A DNA stretch of 64,000 nucleotides, taken from the NCBI GenBank assembly GCA_036172245.1, contig JAYWIR010000099.1, positions 62,001 through 126,000 on the forward strand. Reading direction: 5' to 3'. The position numbers were made by a program, and so were the translations under genes. This stretch comes from Raillietiella orientalis (taxonomy: Eukaryota). The notes beneath the pieces are model-generated. The model was not told where the DNA came from. It did no database searches and saw nothing but the letters and a program-made list of their open reading frames with translations. Shown here piece after piece: positions 38,051 through 50,303 of this stretch (position 1 is the first letter of the stretch; each line of letters opens with the position of its first letter).

Positions 38051-40085
38051 ACAGTTCGTCTTCCCAGGAGGCGTGTCCCTGCCAGGGACCCCAAAGGTTT
38101 CTCGATTCCGGAAGCAACGCAGCAGGGCGGCGCTGACCTGAACCCCCGCACGGGAGTCTCTCCCTAAGGGTGGTTTCTTTGCCAGCGTATCCTTTCCGGG
38201 ACCGAAGGAAAAAACGAAACGAAAAGACGCTGTCCTGTTTTCCTTTCAACGAGATGCCCTCCCTCCTATTCTGTGGAGTTGGTGCATTTGTTTTGTACGC
38301 GATTTTGTCGTGTTAAACAGCTCGTAATATTTGCGTCTGTACGTCGCGTGAAGCGGTAGAGTTGCGATGCGTGCGGACAAGCGGATTCACTTTGGGGGAC
38401 ACACACAAGTCAAATAGGGGAAATAAAAAGGGGGGAAGGGGGGGGGGGAAATAAAATGTCGTCCCAATTCATCAGAGCTTCGACTGCTTTCGTGAGATCG
38501 TCTCTGAGATCAGTTCTTGCTACACTCAGCTGCTTCTGCAGTGGGAAAAAATTGCTGCCGTTCGTTCCCGGCAGAACTCTGCAAAGGCACCTTTTCCAAG
38601 GAATTGGCGAGAGGGGAAGACGCCCTGCCGCTTGCATTTCATAACCGTAGATGACCACCTTTGGCACCTCATGCCACCACTGTTTCTGCAATCACACTTC
38701 CGGACAGCATCGCAGGAGCGTGAATGGTTACGATCTTCATCGGAAAGTGAAAAATGCAAAAACAGAGCTTCTTTTCGGATTCCTGACAAAGTACGGATGC
38801 TGGAGCTCTGTGTGGCGGGAGGAGGGGGCCGTTGTAGGAGCCCGCGACACACGAGGTCCATGAGTTTGCTGTATACGTGGATGATACGATGGTATATACG
38901 GAGTGCAAAATCTGCACCTTAAGCATTATAACAGTGCGCGGTCCATCATTTCCCCATGAAATGAAAAGAGGAAAATTCAGAGTCTCTCTTTATTCCTCAA
39001 ATTGGCGTAAAACGAAGAGGGCGCCGACTTTGGTTGGCATGGAAAACAATACACTTCCGTCGCTACGGATGCCGAACCCGCGAAGGAGCGAACGAACTTT
39101 TCGAATTCCGGAACGGAATTCTGCTCTTTTCCGGGTCGTGCGCGCGCATCTTCTCATCTGAGCGGACACGGAAACCACGGAAAGCGGAAATTCGTCCGCC
39201 GCGCCGTCGGCTGCTGAGCGGACTCGCAGCAGACGACCGTCGCCATTTGGCCACCGCGCCACACCACCGCCGCGTCACGTCACCACCGTCGCCACCTTTC
39301 CGCAGCGTGGCAGGGATCCGCGTGGCGCGGGGGTCCGTCGTCCGTTCCCACTTGCCCACTTGCAGAACACGTGATGGGAACGCTGCAGGTAGGTATCGGC
39401 CATTAATTTTCATTCGGGATGTTTTCATCTCGTCGCCAAGTTATGAATGCTGCATGGCTGGAGGCGGCGATGCAGAGGTTTTTCTCATTTTCGAAATGCT
39501 TTTCATGCATCTGAAATCGCGTAGTGGATGCAATTCTTCAAGAAATTGTCTTGTTATACACAGTCTCTTTGGGGAATGGGGGGGATGGGGGGGGAGAAGT
39601 CTATTCCCTGTTGGGAACCCGCTCGGAGAGAAGAATTTAATCAGCAGTGCGGAAGGGAGGGCTCGGAGGAAAGCAGCCCGACGATGGCAACATCCGGAGT
39701 TTACGCTCTGAAAGAGCGCGCCGGCGTCTCCCTTCTTGGTGATTCCCGGTTGGTTCCTCCCGCTGCGGGAGTGACTGCCAACTCGCACGCGCTCCTGCCA
39801 GATCCAGGACCGCGCCTCCCGAAGCCCGTCTCCAAGCAACGGGAGCGACAAGAGGAGGACACGGTCGCTGCAGCGAGAGGCGTGGTCGCGGCAGCTCTCA
39901 CCGCACGCACCCCGACCCAGCTAGAAGGAGCACTTGGCAGCCGTGGGTTTCCGAGTGCCTCCTGACGCCTCGGCGGTCGCGGGATCCTTTCTTCTGATTG
40001 GCTGACAAAGGGAGCCCGTGGTCACCTGGGGCACACCGCGGAAGACGCACCAACCCGCTGCGGCGGGATCGCGTGCATCTCGACA

Positions 40086-41534
40086 TTTCTCACGAGGTCA
40101 CGCCGGGGCATTTATTCAGTGTAAACAGAGAGATCATAAAAAATAAACCAGTTGCGAACACAGTTGACAACTGACGACTGGGCAAAAATGATGGGGAATT
40201 CACCTGGCACGCAGGCCGGTATGACATCTCTCAGAGTGGGGAAAACAAACAAAAAAAAACAAAAGAAGAACAGTGGGTGGGGTGGGACAAGGGTGTGTGG
40301 GACAACCCTTGTCCCAACAGTGGGACAAGGGTTTTGGGGATCGCTCCGCAATGCGCCGGGATGCAAACACTAGCACCGAGAATTCAACGGAGCGAACGGG
40401 GATGGGACATGGGTGGGTGAGAGGTCACAGGAGTCACCGGAGTACGCAGTTCTTAAGAGTCTGTGTACCGACGATGGATGCTGGTGATGTCCCCCTTCAC
40501 CTCGTCATGAAGGTGAGACCAGCTTGCAGACTTCTCCATGGATTCAGCTGCAAGCAGGTGGGCCTCTCTTCGCTGCACTGACCACTCCAGGGCGTAGCGG
40601 GCCTTGACGATGGCGCGGATGCAACATATGGTTGCGACGACCACGCCTATCGAAAGTCCGTACCAGCTGAAGAAGCGTCGTAGCACGTCCATGGCAGTGC
40701 CTCCCTGGGGCATGATGGCCGAAATCAGCCTCCGCCACAGCTCGCGGAGGTCACCGCAGTCCAGCAGAAGGTGCGGAAACGACTCGATCGCCCCGCACCT
40801 CGAGCAGTTTGGCGGAGCAGCTCCCCCGGAAACGATGCTTCGCTGCCGATTACAGTGGAATCCCCAGTGTAAGAACAGCAGCGCATCTTGTTCCCATTTC
40901 AAGGGGAACACGCAGCTGTCCAAACAAAACGGGGGGGACCACTACCTCTTCGGGGTGCACACTTAACTGTTCGCTGCACCGAAGCAGGCCCTTCGCCCTA
41001 TGTCGAGGAGTGGCGGTTTCCACCAGCTCCTTTGTCGTCCAGCCGCCGAGGGGCTTAGACAGACACTCCTGCAGCTGTGCAGGAGAACTCCGCCATTCCG
41101 CCGGTAGGCAACTGTCGCTGCTTGCCCTGAGGGCAGACAGCGCTGCGGCGAGTGCTGTGGCGGCCAGACGATCCGCCTTCTTCTTGTCCTGCATGACTTC
41201 GTCCAGGGGATGACTCAGGAGAAGTCGCAGGCGTCGAAGATCTTCCTGGCGCGTTCCTTCGGAAGCGGCCCACGACGCAAAAGATTCCTGCCGCCATGCA
41301 TTAGCGTTCATGGGGCGGCAGGAGATCCAACTTTGGGCTTCCAGCAGCGAGGACAGCTGCCTCAGCGGGAAGCCAAACCCTTTCCTGGCTGTGCCGAAAG
41401 TGGGGCAGCAACGAAAGGAGTCCTTCGTTGCCCGTGCAGCGCAGGAGTAGAAGGCGCGCGGGTGAGCATCACGGCGTACACCACAGCTTGGCACAGAGCC
41501 GCAGCTGGATGCTGGTCATGTCGAGGATGCCCAA
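40086..41534 (-). mobile_element. Family A (A2-type) insertion
   Basis: ORFs 40850-41494 and 40453-40923 (LLFLHWGFHCN...CSRCGAIESFPHLLLDC). End aataaatgccccggcgtgacctcgtgagaaa. TSD gcgtgcatctcgac (40071-40084) / gcgtgcatcctgac (41535-41548). Inserted antisense in an ORF1-like sequence (GHLGHTAEDAP). Confidence 0.9.
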
Positions 41535-41832
41535 GCGTGCATCCTGACGCGGCGCGAGATGGAAGGGGCGGTAAAGGCACCTCCTCGAGTCGTCGCGCGG
41601 GCGACCGGTGCTCCAGCGCGGAGGCTGCGGGTGGTGGCGACTCCTCGCGTCATGACAGCGGGCAGTTGCAGGCCCGCTGAGCGGTCGAGCGAGCGGGTGG
41701 CCGCTGCGAGGGAGTCAGCCGCAACCCTTCTCCGGGAGATTCTCTTGACCTTGCATTTCGGTCTGCTTCTCCTTGCTCCCTGAGAGGCCGCGCCCTCTCC
41801 ATCCTCTGCTGCGCGCACCTCCTGGTTCATCG

Positions 41833-42330
41833 CTCCCGGTCACTCCGGGGCGTTTCTCATAGGAGGGACGAAGGCGATCGTCGAAGGGTGGTGGGACTTT
41901 CGGTCCTGCCAGCCTCCAAAACCCGGGAACTGCCGATATGCCGGTGCGAACCGGCGGAGATCGCTGGGCAACGAGGGGCAGGTACTGAGCAAAATAAGCA
42001 AACCAGTAAATTAATCCGCAGAAACAAATAAATGATAATAAATGAAAATTTAACTAATTAATGAAAATAGGTGCATAATTTTAGATGAATAAATTAAAAT
42101 ATATTAATTGATTAAAAATAAGTAGATGAATAAAACATGAATAAATCAAAATATAAATATAAATGAACGAATAAATTCGAAAGTGAATAAATAAAAACAA
42201 GTAGATAGATAATGACAAAGGTAAACAGGTAAGTAAGAACAAATAAATAAAAATGCATAAGTAAAATAAATACAGAGGACTGGTTTGGGAGGGATTCGGG
42301 AAAAGATCGCAGTTCGTTGCGGGCTGCCCT
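41833..42330 (-). mobile_element. Family A 3'UTR-only copy with expanded AT-rich tract
   Basis: Minus strand: gatcttttcccgaatccctcc, a (TTTA)-rich expansion at about 41990-42270, ggttcgcaccgg..ggcag, and end gagaaacgccccggagtgaccgggagcg. Confidence 0.75.
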
Positions 42331-43359
42331 CTCACAGCCCACTTCTTTCGCTGCCTCCGCTGAATTCATTGCAGGACTGACCACCGTCCTCCCCCGGCGC
42401 ACCCAAATTTCGAACCGGGAAAACCAAGGAGCGGTCCCGTCTGCCCCCGGTCGCCCCGGAGCGACTGTTGCGAAAAGAAAGTGCGGACGATCGAACGGTC
42501 GTCCAGCGGAGAGGAAGGCGCCCGAACTCCGCGGACTCTCCGGTGCCCGTGGGGCATGCCTGCCTCGCCGCGAGCCTGGAAGAGGAAGCGGCACGAGGCC
42601 CGCTGTCCCGCCATCCCCTTCCGGCGCAGTCCGACGGGAGCAAAGTAGCCGCGACGGCAGCGGCAGGCTGATAGGCACCGCTGAGCCGACCTATGGGTAA
42701 GCGACTCGCCGTTCTCTCCACCCAGAGTTGCCAGGGCACTTATTAGAAAAATTACGAATTTACATTTCTTTTCGAGTGGTCGAACTCGCGGTCCTGTCAC
42801 GTCCTAAAATAAAGGGCGAGGTGAAAGCTGCCGAGTTGCCGACACGCAGAGCAAGGAGGTTCCCTTCCGGATAAACTAATAATGATAATAATATACAAAC
42901 AAAGAGCGTGCTCTTCCGGGGTGGGAAGAGCAGCTCGACGTTGGCTCTGAGGCGATGCGTGAACAGTCGGTCGGTCGCGCGGTTCCCCAAGGGAGGCAAA
43001 GAGCTGTTATGGCTGTGACCGACAGAAGGATAACCTTCTCTTGGGATCGCGAGATTTTCTTCCCGAGGGTCCTCCGCGAAGAGTCCCTTCGTGATCCCGC
43101 ACGATGGTCATCTTTCTGCCGAGCACAGCCACAGCAGCTCTGTTTCCGTCCTGGACGAAGAGGAGTTTAAAAACGCCCCTGGCGCTGCCGACCAGGATCC
43201 GTAGGGCTGCTAAATAAAAATAAATGAATAATGCACGGGTCAAGAAACCCCGAGACGTCCGAAAGACGAGCGGGTTGGATGGTGGACGCCGCCAATCCTC
43301 GAAAGAAATCGTATTTCGGTCTTGGCTGCTGCGGCTCCGCTTCATTCAAGGCGGGGGCC

Positions 43360-43770
43360 GTGATCGCAAGCACCTGTTGGCTCCGCGCCATGGTGACAGC
43401 CCTGCCATGCCTTGGAGTCTCGTTGGCTGCCAAGAGAGGTCACCAGCATGTCAGCCGACCGCCTACATGAGGATGGCTGCTGAGAGGTGACTCACCTGCC
43501 AGAAGTCATCGGAAAGGTCACCATCATCCACGGCCTCTTCTAGAAAGAAAGGAACGAAGAAAACCAGAGACCCTTGTCCCTATCCTCCCGTCTTCTTGTT
43601 ATTTATTCATTGTCCTTTCCCTCCGTTCCCTGCCTCTTCAGAAGGCGGTCGTGATCATCCCCAATAGACTTTTTAATTTTCTGGCATTTCTCGTATTCAG
43701 GGGACGTCTCCCCTCTGACTTGGGGTTTGTTTACTTTTCAAATAAATGTCCCGGAGCGACCGGTTAGAAA
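43360..43770 (+). mobile_element. Family A (A2-type) short copy
   Basis: WLRAMVTA...THLPEV C-terminus. End aataaatgtcccggagcgaccggttagaaa. Tentative TSD gcgggggcc/gcggcggcc. Confidence 0.8.
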
Positions 43771-44929
43771 GCATTGCGGCGGCCTTAGCAACATCTCCTT
43801 CACCTTATTCCGAGGCACGAACAACCCAACAAGAAGTCAAGACATTGCTGTGCGTTTCGGCAGCTAATTCCCTGGACCTTGCCTGGAGCGACTTCCCCGT
43901 TCGCTTTCGCTCCTTGCTGTTCCGCCTGAATGGCTGCTCCAGGCCGCTTTTCTTGTATCTCCGATTCCTCTCGGAAGGAACACAGGCGCGGGCAGCGGCT
44001 GCAGGAAAGTGTTCCGGACAGCCACGATGATACCAGATGTAACCGTCGCTAGGATGCCGTTCCATGCGGCCGAGGGCACCTCTACCGACGCCATCGGATT
44101 TCCCAGACGACATGCCTTCCACGAAGCGTTTTCACGTGTCCATCGTAAATACGGGTCGGTTGATTTTCCGACGGGAGCAAGACATTTCCTCCCGAGGATC
44201 TCAGTTTGCCTTGCCACTGAAGCTGCCACGTCACCGTGCCCTTGCGAGCAAACTAACATGATAGCGCTGAAGAAGGCGAACGTGCGCTCTCGTATCTTCA
44301 CCAGAACTGGTCTTTCGATTGTTCTTTGCCTGTCGGATCCGAACCAATTGCTTTCAGGATCCTCACGAGCCCACGGTTCTCGCTAGCACGTCGTGAAAGC
44401 ATCAGTGACATCGCTGCGGAAGAGACACCCGATAGCAGCGTGCTGAAGCAGTTGCCATTTGCTTCCAGCAGCGCCCGCCGAGGGCGCACGGGTCGGTAGG
44501 TCCGATTGGGAGCAAACAACCGCGTTCTCTCATTCCTTTGGCACCAAGAGCACCAACGACCTGGAGGAACAGAGTTCATCTTCCCTCCGACCAATGGATC
44601 CTCCCTGAGGGAAAATTCGTGCCCAACTTTCGGTTTGGGGATTCACCAGAAGGTTCGCCGGTGGTCGACGGCTACCTGTAGCACTCCCTGCCCTGCGCTA
44701 CTATTCAAGAAGTGCAGCGCTGCTGTTCAGCTCAGGAGTTCAGTTGTCTTGAAGAGCTGGAGATGCTGATGGATTTACTTCCCTTGCTCGACAAGGCCGG
44801 CGCTTTGTCCTTTGCATCTTCTCGAGGAAACATTTCTCCAATCTATAACTTACTCTTTCTTGAGTGCTGACCTCGTTCGCCTGTGGGCAGAAGGATAACA
44901 TTTCATGACGAGCTGTTTGTTTTGAGTTC

Positions 44930-45305
44930 GTGAGCGTGTAGCGGAGTCAGTTCTTCACCTGACGGCTCACGAAACTCTTTGCCACTGTTGCACGCTATCC
45001 GAGGCTGCGTGTGCTTCCTCAAGTTATGGGGGATATCCCGGTAGGAGACTGTCTTTTGAATCCAGGAAGGCTCCAGAGGAAGGAATCCATTCCTTCTGAG
45101 CTTGGGAGGGTACCCAGAAGGGATCCGCTCCTGATTTCTTCTCCTGATGCTTCCTCAGAAAAGTCCATAAGGCTAGCCAGAGTTCTCTTGCGAAGAGGAC
45201 TCGAAACTGTAAACGAAGCACCCATTTCTTGGCGTCGATTCGAACCCGCAGCGTTTGTTGCCGAGCGCGGAGACCGCGGCCATGCGGTCGCCAGCGTAAG
45301 CTCTT
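44930..45305 (-). repeat. Dispersed repeat B copy (internally deleted)
   Basis: Minus strand gcgggttcgaatcgacgccaagaaatgg ... taacttgaggaagcacacgcagcctcgg. Confidence 0.75.
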
Positions 45306-45534
45306 CAAACTGGAAGAGCAGGGGCGGTTGCACATGAGGCCACACCACGTGTGGAGATACCGCAGGCTGAGTTCGGAAGTCTTCGCTGCTACATGTTCAA
45401 CGGCACAGTGGGGGACTGCAAGAGTTGAAGTTCAGTTGCTTAAATTTCCAATTGAAGATTGCGTTACAGGAAGGAAGGGCTCCTGACATTCTGCCGGCAT
45501 TGCTCCTCTACCCATTTGAGGCGCTTGTCGCCCT

Positions 45535-46600
45535 TCAACCCGTGCCTTCCCCAACTTCCTGTCCTCCGTCTCGCGAGAGCTTACCGCTGGGGTTCTCCGG
45601 CCGTATCTGACTGTCGGTCCCTCGTGTGATGTGAGCGGCGTAGATGTCGCTGGAATACAAGATGTGCGAAGTCACCATTCGGTGCCTCATCTTCTCCGAG
45701 TGCTTGGGAATTTCCAGATCATGAAGCGCTTCCTCGTTAGGCGGGTCCCGGGCTCCCAGAGACCTAACGAGGAGAGCACGAATCCTGCATTGTTTCCCCT
45801 CTCCACCTAGCTAGGGTTCTGCTTCCTTGTACCTTTCCTGTTTGTTCCTCCTAGCTGTGCTGAACACCTCTTTCTCACCCTCGCACGGGCAGCAGATGTC
45901 CAGCACCATCATCTGATTTCCTTTCTTCAGCGCCAGGTCTGGTCGCAGGAGGGATTCCGTTCCTGGAGATCTCTGGTCAATGGAAACACCAGGGTCCACT
46001 TCTCCTCATCCACCGCGGCCATGGTAATCATTTCTTGGATCGCGTTATGCCGCTCAGCGGAGAGACGAAGGTGCCTCCTGCATCGGTTTGACATATGAGG
46101 CAACGTTTCGTCTTCCGTCGGGCAGCGCCGAAATGCTCGATCTTCAGGTTTCATCCTGGGCCCGGCCCTGACTGGTCGGATTTTTAGCCTGGCTGCGTGG
46201 ATGAATGCGCAGTCCTGGAACTTCAGGTACTCTCCGTTGGTGAGAAAGAAGCTTGAGGCGTGGTGCATGCCCCCAAACATGCATTCTGTGGGACTCCAGG
46301 AACACCTTTCTTGTTTTACAGCACTTCGCGAAGAGACCTTGGGTTCGCAGCAAACTCGTGGCACTTTCTGTCTCCATTAGGCACACGAAAAGTCTTGTCA
46401 GAATCGATGGTTGGGCAGTCAAAGCACTCGCTTTTCATTCTCCATTCCTCCCCCTACAAATTTCGCCAACTTTACCTTCTCGCCTCCATACGCAGCAACC
46501 GCCACAAGTATGCGGATCATGTGCCAGCAAGAGACCTTTGCCGACGACAACTCTTGGAACACCTTAAAAGCATCTGAAATTTTTTTCGGCGTGACGGCCG
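45535..46600 (-). mobile_element. RLE-type non-LTR retrotransposon 3' fragment, NeSL/Utopia-like
   Basis: SSFFLTNGEYLKFQDCAFIHAARL; CCHC-like RRCPTEDETLPHMSNRC; RHNAI; RPDL...LDICCPCE; K.ERY; ALLVRSLGARDPPNE...YSSDIYAAHIT; stop at 45535. Confidence 0.9.
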
Positions 46601-48399
46601 AAGTTTTCTTTTGTTCCGAACCCGAGATCCACTGGAACGTCCAGTTAAATCTCAGTCAGGGTTACCAACCTCAGTCAGCCTCTTTTAACGCCATTCCCGC
46701 GCCTCTCCCGAAGATGAGAAACATTTAACATGAAATGGGAAACACGTCCGCTGTCATGTAAGAACGCAAATGCCTTATTGGTTTTCTCGAGTGCTTCGAT
46801 TGCTCTTTGAGGTCAACGAATGCATGTTCAAGTGATAAATTTGAAATTTTCCAGCAGGGGAAGACATTTTTCCAATTGAATTATTTTTATTCATCTCCTA
46901 CGATTGCTGCACTTGAAAAATCATACGTGCACCTTGCATCCCTCAAGTTCACTCATGGGGTACGAGATCAAGCAGTCAAATCCGTTCTTTTCCCTCAAAT
47001 AAAAGTTCCCTATGTGTATATATGTACGAATATATATATATATACACATATAAAGTCCAAACTCTTTCCAAGATACTCTGTTGTCTAGGACTAAATTCTC
47101 TCTTTTTCATTATCATTAACAAAAGTTTACAGAAAAATACCTGGGGAGGGTATACAGGAAGGCGGTAGATCCTTGCCACAGTTTCCGCAATTCTGCATCC
47201 GTTGTCTATTTCGGATTTTCCCGTTTGTACGTTTTTTTAGTAACGCTCGGTAGTTCCAGCAAACGTTCCGATAGCATTGCACGTTGCTGCAGAGAGTTTC
47301 TTTTTGTTTCGAAAGTCTTGGCTCACCCTCTTTTGATTTTGATTTTTCCTTCAGGGGAATCTGGGTGGTCGGGGCCTGTCGTTGCCTCTATACCAAGGAC
47401 CTGTTGTGGCTCGTACTGCTGCGCGTACTCCCTTGCTGGCGAGACTCCAGTATTTACGCTCCTTGGAGTCTTCTGCTGCTGAAGAATTGCCCTCGGAGGA
47501 GAAGCCGAAGTCAATTGAGAAGTCACTTTTTCGTCACTGTGCAGGGCAGGTCCTGCAGAAGCTTGGAATCTGTTCCGGGAATGGGTTCCTTGGAAGAGAG
47601 TTCCCAGTATTTCTATCCTCGTCCCTTTTAATTTATTAACTCCCTCTGACGATGACCCCTGGTTTGGGAATGAAGCACACAGTGGCCGACAGCATGCTGA
47701 AGGAACTCTTGCCAAATTGCACATCTGCACGAGCAGCCAACGCCGCTTCTGACGGTTGCAACCGGTGCCGGTTTTCTGTTTAATGGAGCCACTGCACGAA
47801 GCAGCGGTCCTCAGACAGCATGTGGTCGCGCCATTGAAGATGGAAGCCAGTGACAGGTTGCTGACCACCACAGGACATGTTCTGCACTGGTCAGGATGCT
47901 GTCCTATCAGTTTCGTGGGGCTTGCCCGTCTGCATGGCAGAGCGTGCAGGTCCGACGTAAAATTTTTCCTTGTGAGCTTATCCAACATCAGATGGTCAAA
48001 GACCGAGGCTGCCTTTAGCAAGCCAGAGGCCTGTCATTCTACCACCCACCCACAGACTCCATCGGTGAGGACGTAACTCCTCATTTGAGTGCTGCTGAGA
48101 CTGATAAACTCTCCAGTGATCGATAGAGACGCGAGTCTTGCAAAGTCGCCGCCTATCGGTGAGGTTCATATCTTCTGGCTCACTTCTTTGTAGGGTTCCA
48201 AGGGCAAGATTCCTGACTGCTGGATCTGGCTGGAGCAGCTGAAAACAGCTGTCGGCCACAAAGTTGTCATCTCTGTCCGGCAGGTTGTTATAATAAGAAC
48301 AAGGAGAGGAAACTGCCTCAGTGGTCACGCATTCAAGTGCAGTACGCTCTGGATGGTAGAGTCTTTGCTTACGGTAGGAGACGCACGGTTCGGTGGAGC

Positions 48400-49253
48400 C
48401 GACGTGGATGTCGTACCATGGGACGTGTGGGACCATGGGACAGCTGGCGGATGCCACGACCCAGAGTGTCCTTCCGTGAGGACTGAAGAAATGGGGCGAG
48501 CTGCTCGGCATCTCGACGGATGACCTGAAGTGGTCCCCAGTGATATCCGGGAGAAGGATCCTTCCCCTAAAGTGGCAGGAGTCAGCGCTTATGCTGTTGC
48601 ACTGGGGACTCTCTGCAACGCGCGCCGCCACCACTGGACACGGGGGCGAATGAATCCAAACTGTGTTAGGTGCGGGAAACGGAAATCCCTCCCGCACCTC
48701 TTAGTTGACTGTGTTGCCCTCCGGCCCCTTTGCGAACGTTTCGGTACGACCCTAGGGATCGTGGAATGCAGCCCTCTCAGAGACGTTTTTCGGCTTTTCT
48801 TCGTGCGGGACGCCCTGCAGCCAGCTGCTGTCGTAGCAGCGTTCAGCTGCATCCGCGGTATTGTGGCGGCCTGGAGTGGATCCGGCGAAGGAGAAGATGC
48901 AAAGGACAGGGACGTCATGGAGTACGCAGCTCTCTTTCTGCGAATAACAAGCCGATGGCCTCACCTGGGAAATATGCAGAAGGACCTCGTCGGCATCCTG
49001 CAAAGGATGGACCCTCCCCCCAGGGGACAATGATTCCTTCCCGACCCTCAAAAGAACTATGGTTTTTTCTTGTTTCAGTTTTCTTTTTTTCCATTTTTTT
49101 TTTTTCCCCCAACCCCATCCGCTGACGTGGAGTGTCAAGGCTGTCTGCGCACCGACCACCCGGCAGTTCCCTATGTTTTATTGGCCGCAGCGGGGCCTTC
49201 CGCAAATACCGAAAGTTTTTAAATAAGCTCCCCGGCTTGACCGGGTGAAAACG
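48400..49253 (+). mobile_element. Family A (A1-type) insertion in the RLE element
   Basis: ORF 48530-49033 (CNARRHHWT...CVRCGKRKSLPHLLVDC...RWPHL). End aataagctccccggcttgaccgggtgaaaa. TSD tcggtggagc (48390-48399) / tcggcggagc (49254-49263). Confidence 0.9.
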
Positions 49254-49301
49254 TCGGCGGAGCAATCTTTCTGTTCGTAACCTACAGAAAGGTGAGATCG
49301 T

Positions 49302-50303
49302 GCGCTCATCCATAGGTGAGGTGCGTCCCGATCATGGCGAAATTCTCCCCGAAAAGCCTCAGCTGCAACGTTTGTCTCGGGAACTAACGAATGGAGCAGC
49401 TTGAGGGCGTTTTTGGAACCGCGAGAGCGCGTCAGCAACTCCTCAGATGGAAGCTCGCGCAAGATCTGCAGCATCGCTCAAGTTTTCGAGTTGCGAGATG
49501 CAGTGAAGCCATCAGCAACGGTATGAAGCGTTCGCGCTGCTTTCCTCTTTCATAAACAACTGACTCCATGGAACGAAGAGAAAACTGACGCATGAACCTA
49601 TATGCAAGTGAAAATGCATTTCGAGTCCATTTAATCATTTTTTTTTGTTTGCTTCTTTTTGGGAATCCGGATTTGTTTCCCGAAGAAATTTCAGCATCCC
49701 AACTCTTTGTTTAGTACCTCCATCAATCCGCATGGTAAGACAGCGATCGTAATTGTGAGCCGAAAGAAAAATGCACCTTCCCCTCCTCTCCCTCCCTTCT
49801 ACCTCTTGTTCTTCTGGGAAATGCCTGCGCTTTAAGGTTCCGCCGTGGAGAAGGGACTCTTCGCACGTCGCGGCGACGGGGGAGCGACAGGGTGCCTATC
49901 GCAAAGTATGAGGAATGGAAGAGGAGCAAATGGAGACAGCAATGCGGGTATGAGCTGTCGCGACCCCCCTTCTGCTTCAAGAGAGCCGGCTGAGCAGTCG
50001 CAGGCGAGCATCGACCCCCGGTATTCTGGAACGCCGTTTCTCCCCACCGCATGTCAGAGACCAAAGATTGTTTCCGACCTGCATGAATTCTTTGTGATTC
50101 TTTCGTCCTCGTCTGCTTTCGCTCCTGCCCGGAGCTCCGAAGGGTTTCTCGCCACGGCGCATCTTTTGTGCTTTCGCGCTCATCCACAGGTGAGGTGCGT
50201 CCCGATCATGGCGAAATTCTCCCCGAAAAGTCTCAGCTGCAACGTTTGTCTCGGGAACTAACGAATGGAGCAGCTTCAGGGCTTTTTTGGAGCCGCGAGA
50301 GCG
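49302..50303. repeat. 128-bp direct duplication (49302-49429 and 50176-50303)
   Basis: Near-identical, with about five substitutions and no indels. Confidence 0.95.

Noticed and set aside
12534..49253. Recurring hairpin motif as integron attC-like or CRISPR-like cassette boundaries
   Set aside because: Copies are dispersed on both strands, lie at the 3' end of homologous LINE-like sequence and are followed by TSDs. No integrase or cas genes are present.
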